Shown one piece after another: positions 25,216 through 38,664 of a stretch of 64,000 bases of DNA (within the stretch, counting starts at the first letter, position 1; each line of letters starts with the position of its first letter). The stretch covers positions 181,166,001 to 181,230,000 of the forward strand of contig NC_086097.1 of assembly GCF_963921235.1 (NCBI RefSeq). Direction: 5' to 3'. Under the pieces are notes generated by a model. The model ran no database searches. It was not told the DNA's origin and worked only from the letters and a program-made list of their open reading frames with translations. The position numbers and the translations under genes are program-made. Source of the stretch: Mobula hypostoma. Taxonomy: Eukaryota.

Positions 25216-26186
25216 GTTGAATACCTCTGCTGTGGCTAACGAAGATACAAAAATCTCTATGGAGGTCCCAGAAATCTCCCTTTTTCTTTCCTATGATGAC
25301 ATTGAATACACCAGGTTGGGTTCTGGAGGTTTCCACCTTTTATGCATTTCAAGATCTCCAGCACCTTCTCCTTTCTATTGTTAAAATGTTCCAGGCTATC
25401 ACTTTCTACACAGAGCACTGTGGATGCAGAAATCAGAGTCAGAAAAAACAAATTAGTAGATGGAGTAAGGCTCAAAAGTTGGGGTAGAAAATAATCTGCA
25501 GGTCCTCTGGGTTAGGTAGGAAAGCTGGTGAAATGTTGGCCTTTATTGTAAGGAGTATGGAGTATAAAAATAAGGAAGATTTGAGACAACTGTAGAAGGT
25601 AAGATGATACCGCATATACATACAGTTCTGGTCTCCATATGATGTGCTTGCATTAGAGTCAGTACAGAAAAGGTTCACTGAGTTTATTCCTAGGACAAAA
25701 GGAAGGGGTATGAGCTGACACTTGTACTGTGTGAATAAAAATTGATCTTGTATAAGATTCTGAGCAGGTTGAGCAGGATGCCGAGAGGCTGTCCCTCCAG
25801 TGGAGCCATCAAGAACTTGAGAGCATAGTTTCAGAATGCAGGACCACAATTTCAGATGAAGATGAGAAGTGATTTGTTCTCTTGGGCACTTGTTCTCTTG
25901 GACTCTTTACAACAATCTTCACAAAAAGAACTGTGGAAGTAGTCATAGAATATCTTCAAAACTGGTTTGACAAAAATTAGGAGAAAGTCGTGAGAGGAAA
26001 GCAGGGATGTGGTGTTGAGGCTACTATTGAATCAGCCATGATCTTATGAAATGGATCAGGTTTGAGGGCCCAGTGTGCCAGTCCTGCTTCTGTTCCTTAT
26101 GTTTGTCTGCCTAAGAGATGAAAGCTCTTGCTCATAATTAATCTGTGCTGGGGGCAATGATTAATTACAGTTGTATTCTTTTACAG

Positions 26187-26230
26187 ATTCATGGCATCAC
26201 ATTAAGAACCTGGATAACTTCTTCACAAGA
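26187..26230 (+). CDS. ATG9B: ATG9B coding exon 2 (DSWHHIKNLDNFFTR)
   Basis: ttacag| acceptor; G+AT=Asp continues the frame; followed by the U12 donor ATATCCTTT. Confidence 0.92.
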
Positions 26231-27539
26231 ATATCCTTTCTAGTCGGGTATTAATTTAGACTTGGCAGTGCATTTAGGAAGTGAAGCCTCTCCCACACAC
26301 CAAAGTGATTCCTCTGAGCAGGAGGTCAAACATGGAGGGGAACGACCAGTGTTTTCATGGGGGCAAAGAGTGATGCTGGTACTGGAGGGAAAGGGGCATC
26401 TCAACAAACCATCCACCTTTGGCAGTTTCACCTAGGATCTTTCAACTAACTGGGAACCAACAATACTGGAGTGGAAGTAAGTCATTCTCCTGTGACCCAG
26501 CTTCGACCAGGAGCTTAGGTGCTGTCTCTGGCATTTGCATTTAGTTTGTGTCCAAAGTTCAGGTAAATTTACCATCAAATTACATATATGTTGCCGTATA
26601 TTATCTTTGAGATTCATTTTCTCACAGGCGTTTTGTGTTGTTCCTTTTTGCACCTTGTGGCGCATTGGGCGCCGTTTTTACCATTTCAGTAGCACTTGAC
26701 TATTTTTTGAGGCCAAGTTGTTATCTGGAGCTCAACCAAGCACGGATGGAAAGCGTGCAAGGAGCTGTCCAGATTTGAACTCGGGACCATTTGCCTCGAA
26801 GTCCAGTTCTGATGCCACGACACCACCAGCTGATTTTGCAGCCATTTACAGGGAATAAAATATAATAGAATTTATGGGAAAAAACTACACATCAACAGAT
26901 AAAGATTGACAAACAACTAATGTGCAAAAGAAAACAACTATGCAAAAAAGAATTTTGTGAACATGGGTTGTAAGGACATTGAAAGTGAGTCTTTAATTCA
27001 GAGTAATAATGATTGAAGTTATCCACGCTGGTGCAGGAGCCTAATGGTGAATATGCAAACTCCTAAGAAAGAAGATGTGTTGTTGTGCCTTCATTATGTT
27101 GGCACTTGGGTGTTGGTCCTAGGACAGAACTATGTCAAAAAATTTAAAGCTACTGATCCTCTTCATCTCCAATTTCCCTAATGAGGACTGGTTCATGGAC
27201 TCCAGCTTCTTCCTCCTGTAATCCAAGTGTGTTTCACCTCCCCCCGCCCCCCCCCCATGTTTCACATTCTTCCAGTGGCCCCATGATGTGTTGGATGGTT
27301 AATGAGCCATAAATTGCCCTGGGTGTAATTGGGCAGCACATGAATTGGTGAGGTTTGTGCAGGAGGATAACGTGGAGTCTAATAAGTACATTCTGAAAGC
27401 TGGATGGTGAGCTGAATATCCCCTGGTTTTGTAACAAGTAATATGAAAAAAGGGAAATCATTGCTGTTTGTAGAGAGATGTGTGTGGTCGAAGGGCAGAG
27501 GGGTAGGGATGATGGTTTCTGATGAAAGTTCTCGGCCCT

Positions 27540-27830
27540 CCAACGGTACTGCACTCCCTCAGTACCACACTTCCCACAAAGTGACACTCCCTCAGTACCA
27601 CCCTTACCACAGTGTGACATTCCCTCAGTGACACTTCTCCAATACCATTCCCCCCCAATGCAATGCTCCCTCAGTATTGCTCTTCAGTAGCACCGCTTCC
27701 AGTGTGATGCTGCCTCAGTACCACCCCCCTACAATGTGACACACTCTCAGTATTGCCCTTTCCCTCAGAACAGCGCCTCTCAGGGTATAACACTCACTCA
27801 ATACTGCCCCTCCCATAGCATGTTACTCCT
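27540..27830 (+). repeat. Degenerate ~30-35 bp minisatellite built on CACTCCCTCAGTAC
   Basis: About 8 diverged recurrences of (c/a)ctccctcagta. Confidence 0.7.
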
Positions 27831-28052
27831 TCATTGTCAAGTCTGGCGCTTTCCCATCTATACTACCACTCCCACAGTTTGGCAGTCCTTCTGTGCTGCT
27901 CTGATGTGCCTATGAAGATTTTTTTCTTCAAGAAAAGGACTTGAGTCCATAAGATTCTGATTAGTAGGTGAGGGAACTGGCCTCTTTCCCTTTTGGAAAT
28001 GAAGATGGGAAGTGACCGGGGTTCACCTTTTACCATCCTGGTAGTGACATTG

Positions 28053-28647
28053 CGCTCAGTGGCCATTTTATCAGGGACCTCCTATAGCTAATAAAATGGC
28101 TGTGTATGTTCATGGTCTTGTGCTGCTGTAGTCAAAGTTTGAAATGTGTGTTTAGAAATGCTCTTCTGCACACCATTGTTGTAAGGCATGGTTATTTGAG
28201 TTACTGTTGCCTTCCTGTCAGCTGGAACCAGTCTGGCCATTCTTCACTGACTCTCCTCAAGGTGTTTTCACCCACAGAACTGTTGCTTACTGGATGCATT
28301 CACACCATTCTCTGTAACTCTATTTAACTAAGGGAATATGATGATATATTTTGTTTTGTTTTCTGCACCATTCTCTATAAACTCTAGGGACTGTGGTGTG
28401 TGAAAATCCCATGAAATCAGCAGTTTCTGAAATACTCAAACCATCCCATCTGGCACCAACAATTATTCTACGGTCAAAGTCACTTGGATCTCATTTATTC
28501 GCATTCTGATATTTGGTCTGAACAACAACTGAACCTCTTGATCATGTCTGCATGCTTTTATACATTCAGTTGCTGCCACATGTTTGATTAGATAGTTGCA
28601 TTAATGAGCAGGTGTACAGGAGTATTTAATAAAGTGGCCACTGAATG
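28053..28647. mobile_element. Non-autonomous Tc1/mariner-like element (MITE)
   Basis: Imperfect terminal inverted repeats cgctcagtggccattttatc / aataaagtggccactgaatg. Confidence 0.7.
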
Positions 28648-29769
28648 GTCTCAGTGACAAATCTCATTTAGATCTCAGTTTACGTGAGGAAACCCCCTTT
28701 GTGGGGAACCGTTTGAACTAGGGTCCAAAGTCTTGCTTCTCTTGAGCATGTGTCACCTCTCACATGGTGTGTCTGTTTCTCTGATCACAGGTGATGTGTT
28801 AATCATTAATTCATCAACAATGACTATAAAGACTCCCCCATAGACGATGCAGATATTTATCCACAAGCGATATGCCCTGATTTGAGACGTGTACAACTCC
28901 ACACTTATCACAATCTCTACAGTGTTCATTGAATGCATGTCGAACCCAAAACTTCAGAGTTGGGAACCTGGGAATGAGGCCATGCATAAATCAATGGATG
29001 GTTTCAGTGCAATTCCATGGTCCACTTAAGTTAAACCATAAGATAAACAGAATTAGGCCATTCATTTGACCAATATTTTGGCAAATTGATTGCACAAACA
29101 ATAAATTTGTAAGGTTAAACCTGCAATAACAACTATAATTTAGCTGTAATTTGCCAAAATATTACAAACAGCTGCTTGGTGGATAGACGCTATTTAAGAA
29201 AATTAGAAATAGAAACAGAATTAGTCCATTTGGGTTCTTGTGCTTGTAACACCATTTGTTAACTGCATTGCCACTTTGAAGACAATATCTCAAATTAGAC
29301 CCAACCTTTTGGGAAACTTTGAGTGGTTTTCCATAAACAATGATTAATGCTAAGTTGATTTATTAAGATTAAATATGTAATTAACTTTTGTTGAAATGGA
29401 TAGTATAAGGGATATAATTTTTACATAGTGGGTGGTACATATTGTAATCAACTGCCAGAGAAAATGATTAACAACTACATTGGATACATTTAAGAAATAC
29501 GTGGACAGTTATATGGATGACAAGAGTTTGGAGGGTTATAGGTCATGTGGGAAATGGGATAAACTTAAATATACATCTTTTTTGGCATGGACACATATGG
29601 GTTGAAGAGTTTTTCCCTATGCTGTACAACTTCATAGCCTCTGTATGAGAACAGGCTGGGTATATGGTATGTGGTCACATATCGGCTCTAAGTTTTACAT
29701 GTCAGAACAAACATCACCTTATTGTCAAGTACTTTTGCCCTGTCCACTGCAAAATGTAGTATCTCTTGG

Positions 29770-30300
29770 TGCCTACCCATTTCAGTGCGACTTCCCATTC
29801 ACATTTTGACATGTCTGTCCACAGCTTCTACTGCCATGATGAGACCAAGTTCAGACTGGAGACGCAGCACATCATATTAATCTGATGGCGAGAAGATCAA
29901 TTACTTTTACTCCCCCATTTCTCCTTCTCTCTGTTTCTATTCCCCATTCTGGTTCTCCTCTCACCCACTCTTGTCTCCCCACCAGCCATCACCTCCCTCT
30001 TGTTCCCCTTCTTGGAACACCATCCTCTCCTATTGGATTCCTTCTCCTTCAGCCCTTTACCTCTTCCACCTATCCCTTCCCAGCTTCTTACTTCACCTCT
30101 CCCCCACCGCCTTTCCCTTCACCTGGTCTCACCGATCACTTGCCAACTTCTACTCCTTCCCCTCCACTCCACTTTCTTATTCTGGTTTCTGTTCCTTTCC
30201 TTTCCTGTCCTAATGAAAGGTCTTGGCCTGAAGCATCAACTTTTCCTCTCCATTAGTCCTGACTGACTTGATAAATTTCTCCAACATCTTGTGTATGTTG
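29770..30300 (+). mobile_element. Old Penelope-like 3' fragment (GIY-YIG end plus terminal repeat)
   Basis: Degenerate match to the reverse complement of ~43450-44010 (ccattcacattttgacatgtctgtccac..., then pyrimidine-rich tract, then decayed hammerhead-like motif at ~30207). Confidence 0.65.
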
Positions 30301-30974
30301 TAACCTTTTAAATGGAACTTTGACCCTGGACCATTTCAGGAAGTATTAAAGCAAATGGCCAAAAGCATTGTCAACGTGGCAGCTTTTCTGGGATCCAGAA
30401 AGTGAAAACAAGTAGCAGAGCAGTTTGGGGATGGAACACCAGAACTTGGTACTGTTTGGTTGAGGTACAACTGTCATAGGTGGAGCAATTGACCTCAGGA
30501 ATATGCAAGAGGCCAAAGTTGAGGTGCAGAGGTTACAAAGGGTTTTGGGATAAAAGAGATCACAGAGATCACAAGGATTTAAAACCAACATGGAAAGGTT
30601 TAAAACCAATGATGAGAATTTTTAAAAATCAAATTGTTAATTGACCAAATACCAATCAGATGCTAAATGAGGACATCAGTACCAGGGCTTTGGATGAGTG
30701 CATTGGCATAATTATGACCAGCAGCACCAGTAAATGGACAAATCCACAGTTCAATCCAGAAAAGGGTGAAGTCATTCACTTTGGAAGTATAAACTTAAAG
30801 GCAGAGTCCTGGGTTCATACCAGGATTCTTAATATTAAGGAGGAAGAAAGGGATTTTGGATTTCCTCAAAGTTGCCGTGCAAGTTCACTCAACTTCACTT
30901 GCCCTATCACTGAACTATTCCCACAACCTATGGACACGCATTCAAGGACTTTTCATCACATGTTCTCTATTTAC

Positions 30975-31232
30975 CCCCTCCCCCTTTCTTTCAACCTAGG
31001 CCTCCCATCCCGTGATCCTCTCATATCCCTTTTGCCAATCTACTTTCCAGCTCTTAGCTTCATCCCTCCCCCTCCTGTCTTCTCCTATCATCTCGGATCT
31101 CCCCCCCCCCCACACTTTCAAATCTTTTACTATCGCTTCTTTCAGTTAGTCCTGACGAAGGGTCTCAGCCCGAAACGTCGACTGTACCTCTTCCTATAGA
31201 TGCTGCCTGGCCTGCTGCGTTCACCAGCAATT
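30975..31232 (+). mobile_element. Penelope terminal-repeat fragment containing an intact minimal hammerhead motif
   Basis: High similarity to the reverse complement of ~43467-43720. Confidence 0.85.
31148..31183 (+). ncRNA. Minimal type I hammerhead ribozyme motif (Penelope-associated)
   Basis: agtc-CTGACGA-agggtctcagccc-GAAAC-GTC-gact: stem I agtc/gact, conserved core, stem II ggg/ccc, palindromic ACGT stem III, GUC cleavage triplet. Confidence 0.75.
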
Positions 31233-31724
31233 ATTATGTGTGTTTCTCTATTTACCGCTTATTTTCTTATTATTTTGTTTTTTTCTTTTGTTTTTTCACA
31301 GTTCATTGTATTTTGCACATTGGTGCTTGCCCTTCCTCTGGCATGCTGTCTTTCATTGAATATTTTATGGTTCTTAGATTTGCTGAGTATGCCCGCAAGA
31401 AAACAAGTCTGTGGGTTGTATATGGTGACATACATGTACTTTGATAATAAATTTACTTTGAACTTCAAATTGATGGGGTGGTTAAGAAGGTGTATGATGT
31501 GTTGATCTTTATTGGTCGGGGTATAGAGTTCAGGACTGAGGTAATGTAGCAGCTCTATATAACTCAGGTTAGACCATACTTGGAGTATTCAGTTCAGATC
31601 AGTTCATTACAGAAAGGATGTGGAAGAGAGAGAGGGATATACCAGGATGCAGTTTGAATTAGAGAGCATGGCTTGAGCGAGCTTTTCACTTTGGAGCGAA
31701 GGATGATGAAAGGCAACTTGATAG

Positions 31725-33925
31725 AGGGGTAACTTTGAAGGTATGAGACGTGAATTAGCTAAGATAGACTGGCAAATGACACTTATTAAAGGATTGACGG
31801 TGGATATGCAATGGCAAGCATTTAAAGGTTGCATGGATGAACTACAACAATTGTTCATCCCAGTTTGGTAAAAGAATAAATCAAGGAAGGTAGTGCACCC
31901 GTGGCTGACAAGAGAAATTAGGGATAGTATCAATTCCAAAGAAGAAGCATACAAATTAGCCAGAGAAAGTGGCTCACCTGAGGACTAGGAGAAATTCAGA
32001 GTTCAGCAGAGGAGGACAAAGGGCTTAATTAGGAAGAGGAAAAAAGATTATGAGAGAAAACTGGCAGGGAACATAAAAACTGACTGTAAAAGCTTTTATA
32101 GATATGTGAAAAGGAAAAGACTGGTAAAGACAAATGTAGGTCCCCTACAGACAGAAACAGGTGAATTGATTATGGGGAGCAAGGACATGGCAGACCAATT
32201 GAATAATTACTTTGGTTCTGTCTTCACTAAGGAGGACATAAATAATCTTCCAGAAATAGTAGGGGACAGAGGGTCCAGTGAGATGGAAGAACCGAGCGAA
32301 ATACATGTTAGTAGGGAAGTGGTGTTAGGTAAATTGAAGGGATTGAAACCAGATAAATCCCCAGGGCCAGATGGTCTGCATCCTAGAGTGCTTAAGGAAG
32401 TAGCCCAAGAAATAGTGGATGCATTAGTGATAATTTTTCAAAACTCGTTAGATTCTGGACTAGTTCCTGAGGATTGGAGGGTGGCTAATGTAACCCCACT
32501 TTTTAAAAAAGGAGGGAGAGAGAAACCGGGGAATTATAGACCTGTTAGCCTAACGTCAGTGGTGGGGAAACTGCTGGAGTCAGTTATCAAAGATGTGATA
32601 ACAGCACATTTGGAAAGCAGTGAAATCATCGGACAAAGTCAGCATGGATTTGTGAAAGGAAAATCATGTCTGACGAATCTCATAGAATTTTTTGAGGATG
32701 TAACTAGTAGAGTGGATAGGGGAGAACCAGTGGATGTGGTATATTTGGATTTTCAAAAGGCCTTTGACAAGGTCCCACACAGGAGATTAGTGTGCAAACT
32801 TAAAGCACACGGTATTGGGGGTAAGGTATTGATGTGGATGGAGAATTGGTTAGCAGACAGGAAGCAAAGAGTGGGAATAAACGGGACCTTTTCAGAATGG
32901 CAGGCGGTGACTAGTGGGGTACCGCATGGCTCAGTGCTGGGACCCCAGTCGTTTACAATATATATTAATGACTTGGATGAGGGAATTAAATGCAGCATCT
33001 CCAAGTTTGCGGATGACACGAAGCTGGGTGGCAGTGTTAGCTGTGAGGAGGATGCAGAGTGACTTGGATCGGTTGGGTGAGTGGGCAAATTCATGGCAGA
33101 TGCAATTTAATGTGGATAAATGTGAAGTTATCCACTTTGGTGGCAAAAATAGGAAAACAGATTATTATCTGAATGGTGGCCGATTAGGAAAAGGGGAGGT
33201 GCAACGAGACCTGGGTGTCATTATACACCAGTCATTGAAAGTGGGCATGCAGGTACAGCAGGCGGTGAAAAAGGCGAATGGTATGCTGGCATTTATAGCG
33301 AGATGATTCGAGTACAGGAGCAGGGAGGTACTACTGCAGTTGTACAAGGCCTTGGTGAGACCACACCTGGAGTATTGTGTGCAGTTTTGGTCCCCTAATC
33401 TGAGGAAAGACATCCTTGCCATAGAGGGAGTACAAAGAAGGTTCACCAGATTGATTCCTGGGATGGCAGGACTTTCATATGAAGAAAGACTGGATGAACT
33501 GGGCTTGTACTTGTTGGAATTTAGAAGATTGAGGGGGGATCTGATTGAAACGTATAAAATCCTAAAGGGATTGGACAGGCTAGATGCAGGAAGATTGTTC
33601 CCGATGTTGGGGAAGTCCAGAACGAGGGGTCACAGTTTGAGGATAAAGGGGAAGCCTTTTAGGACCGAGATTAGGAAAAACTTCTTCACACAGAGAGTGG
33701 TAAATCCATGGAATTCTCTGCCACAGGAAACAGTTGAGGCCAGTTCATTGGCTATATTTAAGAGGGAGTTAGATATGGCCCTTGTGGCTAAGGAGATCAG
33801 GGGGTATGGAGGGAAGGCTGGGGCGGGGTTCTGAGTTGGATGATCAGCCATGATCATAATAAATGGCGGTGCAGGCTTGAAGGGCCGAATGACCTACTCC
33901 TGCACCTATTTTCTATGTTTCTATA
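31725..33925 (+). mobile_element. Relatively young 5'-truncated CR1 LINE (RT domain) nested in an older CR1
   Basis: 318-aa ORF with [43 protein letters not shown]; few disruptions; ttctatgtttctat tail. Confidence 0.95.
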
Positions 33926-36231
33926 ATAAGATAAGAGGCATAGATAGAGTGGACTGTCTGAGACTTTTTCCTGGGGTGGAAATGGCTAATACAAGAAGGT
34001 ATAATTTTAAGTTGATTTGGAGTAAGGTATAAGGGGTATGTCAGAGCTAGTGCTCTTACACAGTACGGTGTGTGCATGGAACATTGGGGGCTGTGGTAGA
34101 GGCAGATACATTAAGAATATCATTTATGAGTCTCAGATAGGGACATGGATAAAAGAAAAATGGAGGGCTATGTGGAAGAGAAGGGTTAGATCGATCTTAG
34201 AGTAAGTTAAAGAATTGGCACAACATTATGGGTCAAAGGGCCTGCACTGTGTTACTCACTTCTATATTCTATGTACAATAAGCAGGTGTAGGGCAGTCAC
34301 TCAGTTTCATAAAAGCAGATGTAGGCAGTCTTTGTGATGACACAGAAATAAGATCTGAACTTTATCTCAGTGTTGTTTATCACACCAAGGAAAATAGAAT
34401 CAGAGAATGAGGAACAAAATTTGTTGTAGGGTCCCCAAAAAAATGAGAAGGCATTGGGAGATCTAGGGACTACAGTTGTTGGAATCTGAAGCAATGCACA
34501 AGATACTAGAAGAACTCAGTGCATCTCCAAAGGGCAGCATCTGTGGAGGGAAATGGGAACTTGACATTTTGGGTCGAGACCCTTCAGGACTCTAATGGAA
34601 GATCTAATCTGCTTACTCTCACTATGGGGAAGGGAGTGGTCAGGCAGTGATATTACAGAGGGGCACGCTATCATAGCGGTTATCATAACTTTGTTACAGC
34701 ACCACCTTGAGTTTCCTTCCATATTACAAAGATGTGCAGGTTAGAGTTAGGAAGTTGTGGGCGTGCTGTGTTGATGCCAGAAGCATGGTGACACTTGTGG
34801 TTGCCCCCAGCACATCCTCAGACAGTTGGTTGCTAACACAAATGACACATTTCACTGTATGTTTTGATGCTTTGGTGTACATGTGACAAATATAGGTCAT
34901 TTTAAATAAGACAAGACCATAAGACGATAAATCTTTCACATCTTCCCAAAGTAGCTTCTAGAGATATACATAGAAGGGTCTAGTAGGGTCCTCTTGGGGT
35001 CATGAGTCGAATTAGTTTACTGAAGTGATTAAACGACATTATTTTAATTCAGAACATTGTCCTTGACATGGACTGATGTTCAACCAACCAATAGTCTTAA
35101 TTTCAAAGTTCTTATTGTTGGATCCTTCTGTGGCTTTGCTTCCTCTGATTTATGGTGACTTTCTGCACATGAGATTTCTGTGCTCTACTGCCTTCAGGTC
35201 TGTCTTGGTTCTTCAGGTAAATTAAAAGAACTGACATGCAATATAAACAGAAATAACTTGTACTATAATATTTGTGGAAAGCAGTCTGATTATTGGCTTC
35301 ACTTTTATAGAAATGACAGATTTAAGGAAGGGGAGATCATTTTTGCTTGCTTCCATGAATAGAAGGTTTTTATTTACTTTGACAAGTTATCTGTTTTATT
35401 AATGCAATAGATTGGTTTATTTATGTCATGTGAAAACTGGCCAAGGCCACACAATTAAGACTGTCATATTTACTTATTACAACACAAAGTGAGGCAGTTT
35501 GACCCTTGAGGTCCATGCCAGCTGCTAATAGAGCAAACTCATCAGTTGCCTTCCTCTGTTTCACTGCTTCCTGTAGCTTATTCTCATCACATGTCCATCA
35601 CTTCCTCTTTGTCCTATATCGTGACAATTGTTGATCTAAAAGTCAAGAATTCCTTCCCCCCTCCCTCCTCACTGAGCAGGTTATTTATTGCTTCATATTC
35701 CAGCATCTACAGAATTTTATTTCCTATAGAATCTATTTTTTCTGTTCTTATCTTCCATCCTTGCTACATAAAAGTGCTGGGAATATTTTTTTTAAACTGC
35801 AGATGCTGCAAACTTGCTGCAGTGGGTCAAGCAACGTCTATGGAAGCAGAAACAGTTTTAATCTTATAGGCCAGGGACTATCAGAACTGGTGACAGGTTA
35901 TTGACCTGAAACATTACCTCTGTTTTTCTTTCCAGCATTTAGTGATTATTTAAATATCTGGAACTCTGTCTCTAACAGAGTCATTGGAACATTATCTCCA
36001 CATTGACTGCATTGGTTCAAAGAAGCAGACCACTGCCAACTTCACAAAATGAGAAGTACACACTGTCTTTACTTATTTTATGAAATGCATGTAAATCCTA
36101 AGCCCTTATTCTATTCATGAATACTTTAAAATGTTACAATAATGTGTCTGTGCTGAGGGGTTGGTGTAATGGAGAATGTCTGTGTTGTCTTCCCACTGCC
36201 ATAGCCAGACAATATCCCTTAACTTGGTCAC

Positions 36232-36296
36232 ATATATCATTTCCACCAGAAGAATGGCTTTGCCTGCATGATGCTCTCTGAATTCTTCGAACTGGT
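36232..36296 (+). CDS. ATG9B: ATG9B coding exon 3 (IYHFHQKNGFACMMLSEFFELV)
   Basis: 65 nt, ATG9 HQKNGF motif, donor gt|gtaagt at 36297. Confidence 0.92.
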
Positions 36297-36649
36297 GTAA
36301 GTAGAATCTTCTGGTAACAAGTGTGCAAATAATGTTAAATACTGTGAGCTCACACTCCAGTGTGCTGTCAGACAAGGTACACAACAGGTTAGATCCACAT
36401 ACTCAACTCTAGTTGGCATGTTCTGTCTGTGATCATGTGGTTCTCCTCCTACATTCCAATGATATGTGGGTTAGTTGGTGAATTGGCAGCTATAAATTGC
36501 TCCTATTGTGTAGGTGAGTTGCAGAATGAGGAGGTAGTTGATGAGAATATGGGAAGAACAGAAAAAGGGTGGTTGATGGTTAGTGAGGTGGAGGGAAGGG
36601 CCTGTTTCCTTACTCTGACTCCATAACTTTCCTCGGACAAGGACAGGAT

Positions 36650-38664
36650 ATAGAACAATGAACAATCCAGCATGGGAACAGGCCCTTTGGTCCACAATGT
36701 TATACCAAACCAATTAAATTGGTAATCAAATGGCTAACTAAACTAATCCCGTCTACCTACACATTGTCCATATCCTTCCATTTCCTCACATTCATGTGTC
36801 TCTCTAAACGTCTCTTAAAAGTTTTTAATGTTTCTGCTCCTACCACCACCCCAGGCAGCAGATTCCAGGCACCCACCACTCTGTAAGATAAGCTTGCTTC
36901 TCGTATCTCCTTTGAACTTACCTCCTTGCCTTAAAAGTATACCCTCTGGTATTTGATATTTCAATCCTGGGAAAGAGATGCTGTATGTTTGCTTTATCTA
37001 TGGTTCTCATAATCTTGATAAATCTCTATCAGATCTTCCCTCAGCCTCTGCCACTCCAGAGAAAACAACCCCAGTTTGTCCAACCTCTCGTTATAGCACA
37101 TGACCTCTAATCCAGGCAACATCCTGGTAAAAACCTCTTTTGCACTCTCCAAATACTCCAGATGTAGCCCAAATGAAGATTTACAAAGCTGCAAGATAAC
37201 ATCCTGACTTTTGAATCAGTACCTTGACTAATATAGGCAAGCATGCTATTTGCCTTCTTAACCACCCTATCAACCTGTGTGGCTACTTTCAGGGATCTTT
37301 GAACTTGGACCCCAAGATTCCTCTGCTCATCAACACTTAAGGATCTTTACCTTAACAATGTGCTGTCTCTTTGCATTGGCTAACCAAGAAGTAACACTTC
37401 ACATATGGTTGGGTTAAACACCATCTGCCATTTCTCTGCCCATATTTGCAATTGATCTGTATCCCATAGTATTATTTGCAACTGATCTATATCCCATGGT
37501 ATTCTTTGCCAGTCTTCTACACTATCCACAATAGCGCCAATCTTCATATCACCCTCAAACTTACTAATCCACCCATCTATGTTTTCATCCAAGTCATTTG
37601 TAAACATCACAAACAACAGAGATCCCAGTGCAGGTCCCTGCAGAACATCACTAGTACCAGACCTCCAGCTAGGACAAGTCCCTTCGACCAGTACCCTCCA
37701 TCTCTATGAGCAAGCCAGTTCTGAATTCAAACAGCCAATTCACCATGTATCCCATGTATCTTAATCTTCTGGATGAATCTCCCATGAGGGACCTTGTCAA
37801 ACACCTTACTAAGTCCATGTAGACAACATCAATAATGCTACCTCCATCAACCTCTCTCGTCACCTCATCAAAAAACTCAATCAAGTTAGTGAGACACTAC
37901 TTTCTCTGCACAAAGCCATGCTGGCTGTCCCTAATTGAGCCATGGTTTTCCAAATGCTCATAAATCTTGTCCCTAAGAATTCTCTCCAGTAACTTGCCTA
38001 CCACTGAAATGAGAATCACAGGTCTAAATTTAACGGGATTATCCATAGTCCCCTTCTTGAATAATGAAGCAACATTAGCTACTTGCCAGTCCTCCAGGAC
38101 CTGCTTGTAGCTAAAGGGGGCATGAAAATATTGGTCAAGGCCCCATCAATCTCTTTGCTTGTGTTTATTAATAACCTGGGGTATGTCCTATTATGCCATG
38201 GTGATTTATTCCCTTTAATGCCCTTTAATAGAGCCAACACTGCCTCTTCCTTTACATCCAACTGCCCTAGTATGTCAATACACTCAGCACTGATCTCGCT
38301 ATCCTCCACATCCACCTTGGTAAATACTGATGTAAAGTGCTCATTATGGACCTCACCTACATCCTCTGCGTCCCCCCCTTTATCCTTGAGTGGTCCTACC
38401 CTCTCCCTAGTTATTCTTTTGCTTTTGATATATGTATAGAATGCCTTGGGATTTGCCTTAATCCTACTTGCCAAGGATTTTTCATGTTATCTCCTGGCTT
38501 TCCTAATTCCCTTCTTGAGTTTTTCTGACTTTATAATCCTCGAGGTTTCTGTTTCATTCTAGTTTCCTAAGCTGTACATACTTTTCCTTTTTCTTGACTA
38601 AATTCAACACCTCTGTTGACATCCAATGTTCTCTTATCTTGCCTTCCTTCTGAATGGAACATAC
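36650..38664 (-). mobile_element. Degenerate CR1 LINE (continues at ~41730-41860 beyond the Gypsy insertion)
   Basis: KANPKAFYTYIKSKR, IEFFDEVT...DVVYMD, WAEKWQM, LDKLGLFSLE motifs on the - strand. Confidence 0.85.

Larger units (their letters stand above)
26231..36231 (+). other. U12-type (minor spliceosome) AT-AC intron of ATG9B
   Basis: 5' splice site ATATCCTTT at 26231; branch site CCTTAAC at 36217-36223; 3' AC at 36230-36231. The join gives FFTR|IYHFHQKNGF, colinear with ATG9 proteins. Confidence 0.92.

Noticed and set aside
32106..33834. Active autonomous CR1
   Set aside because: 5'-truncated, lacks the endonuclease, has a frameshift near 33055 and a stop near 33304.
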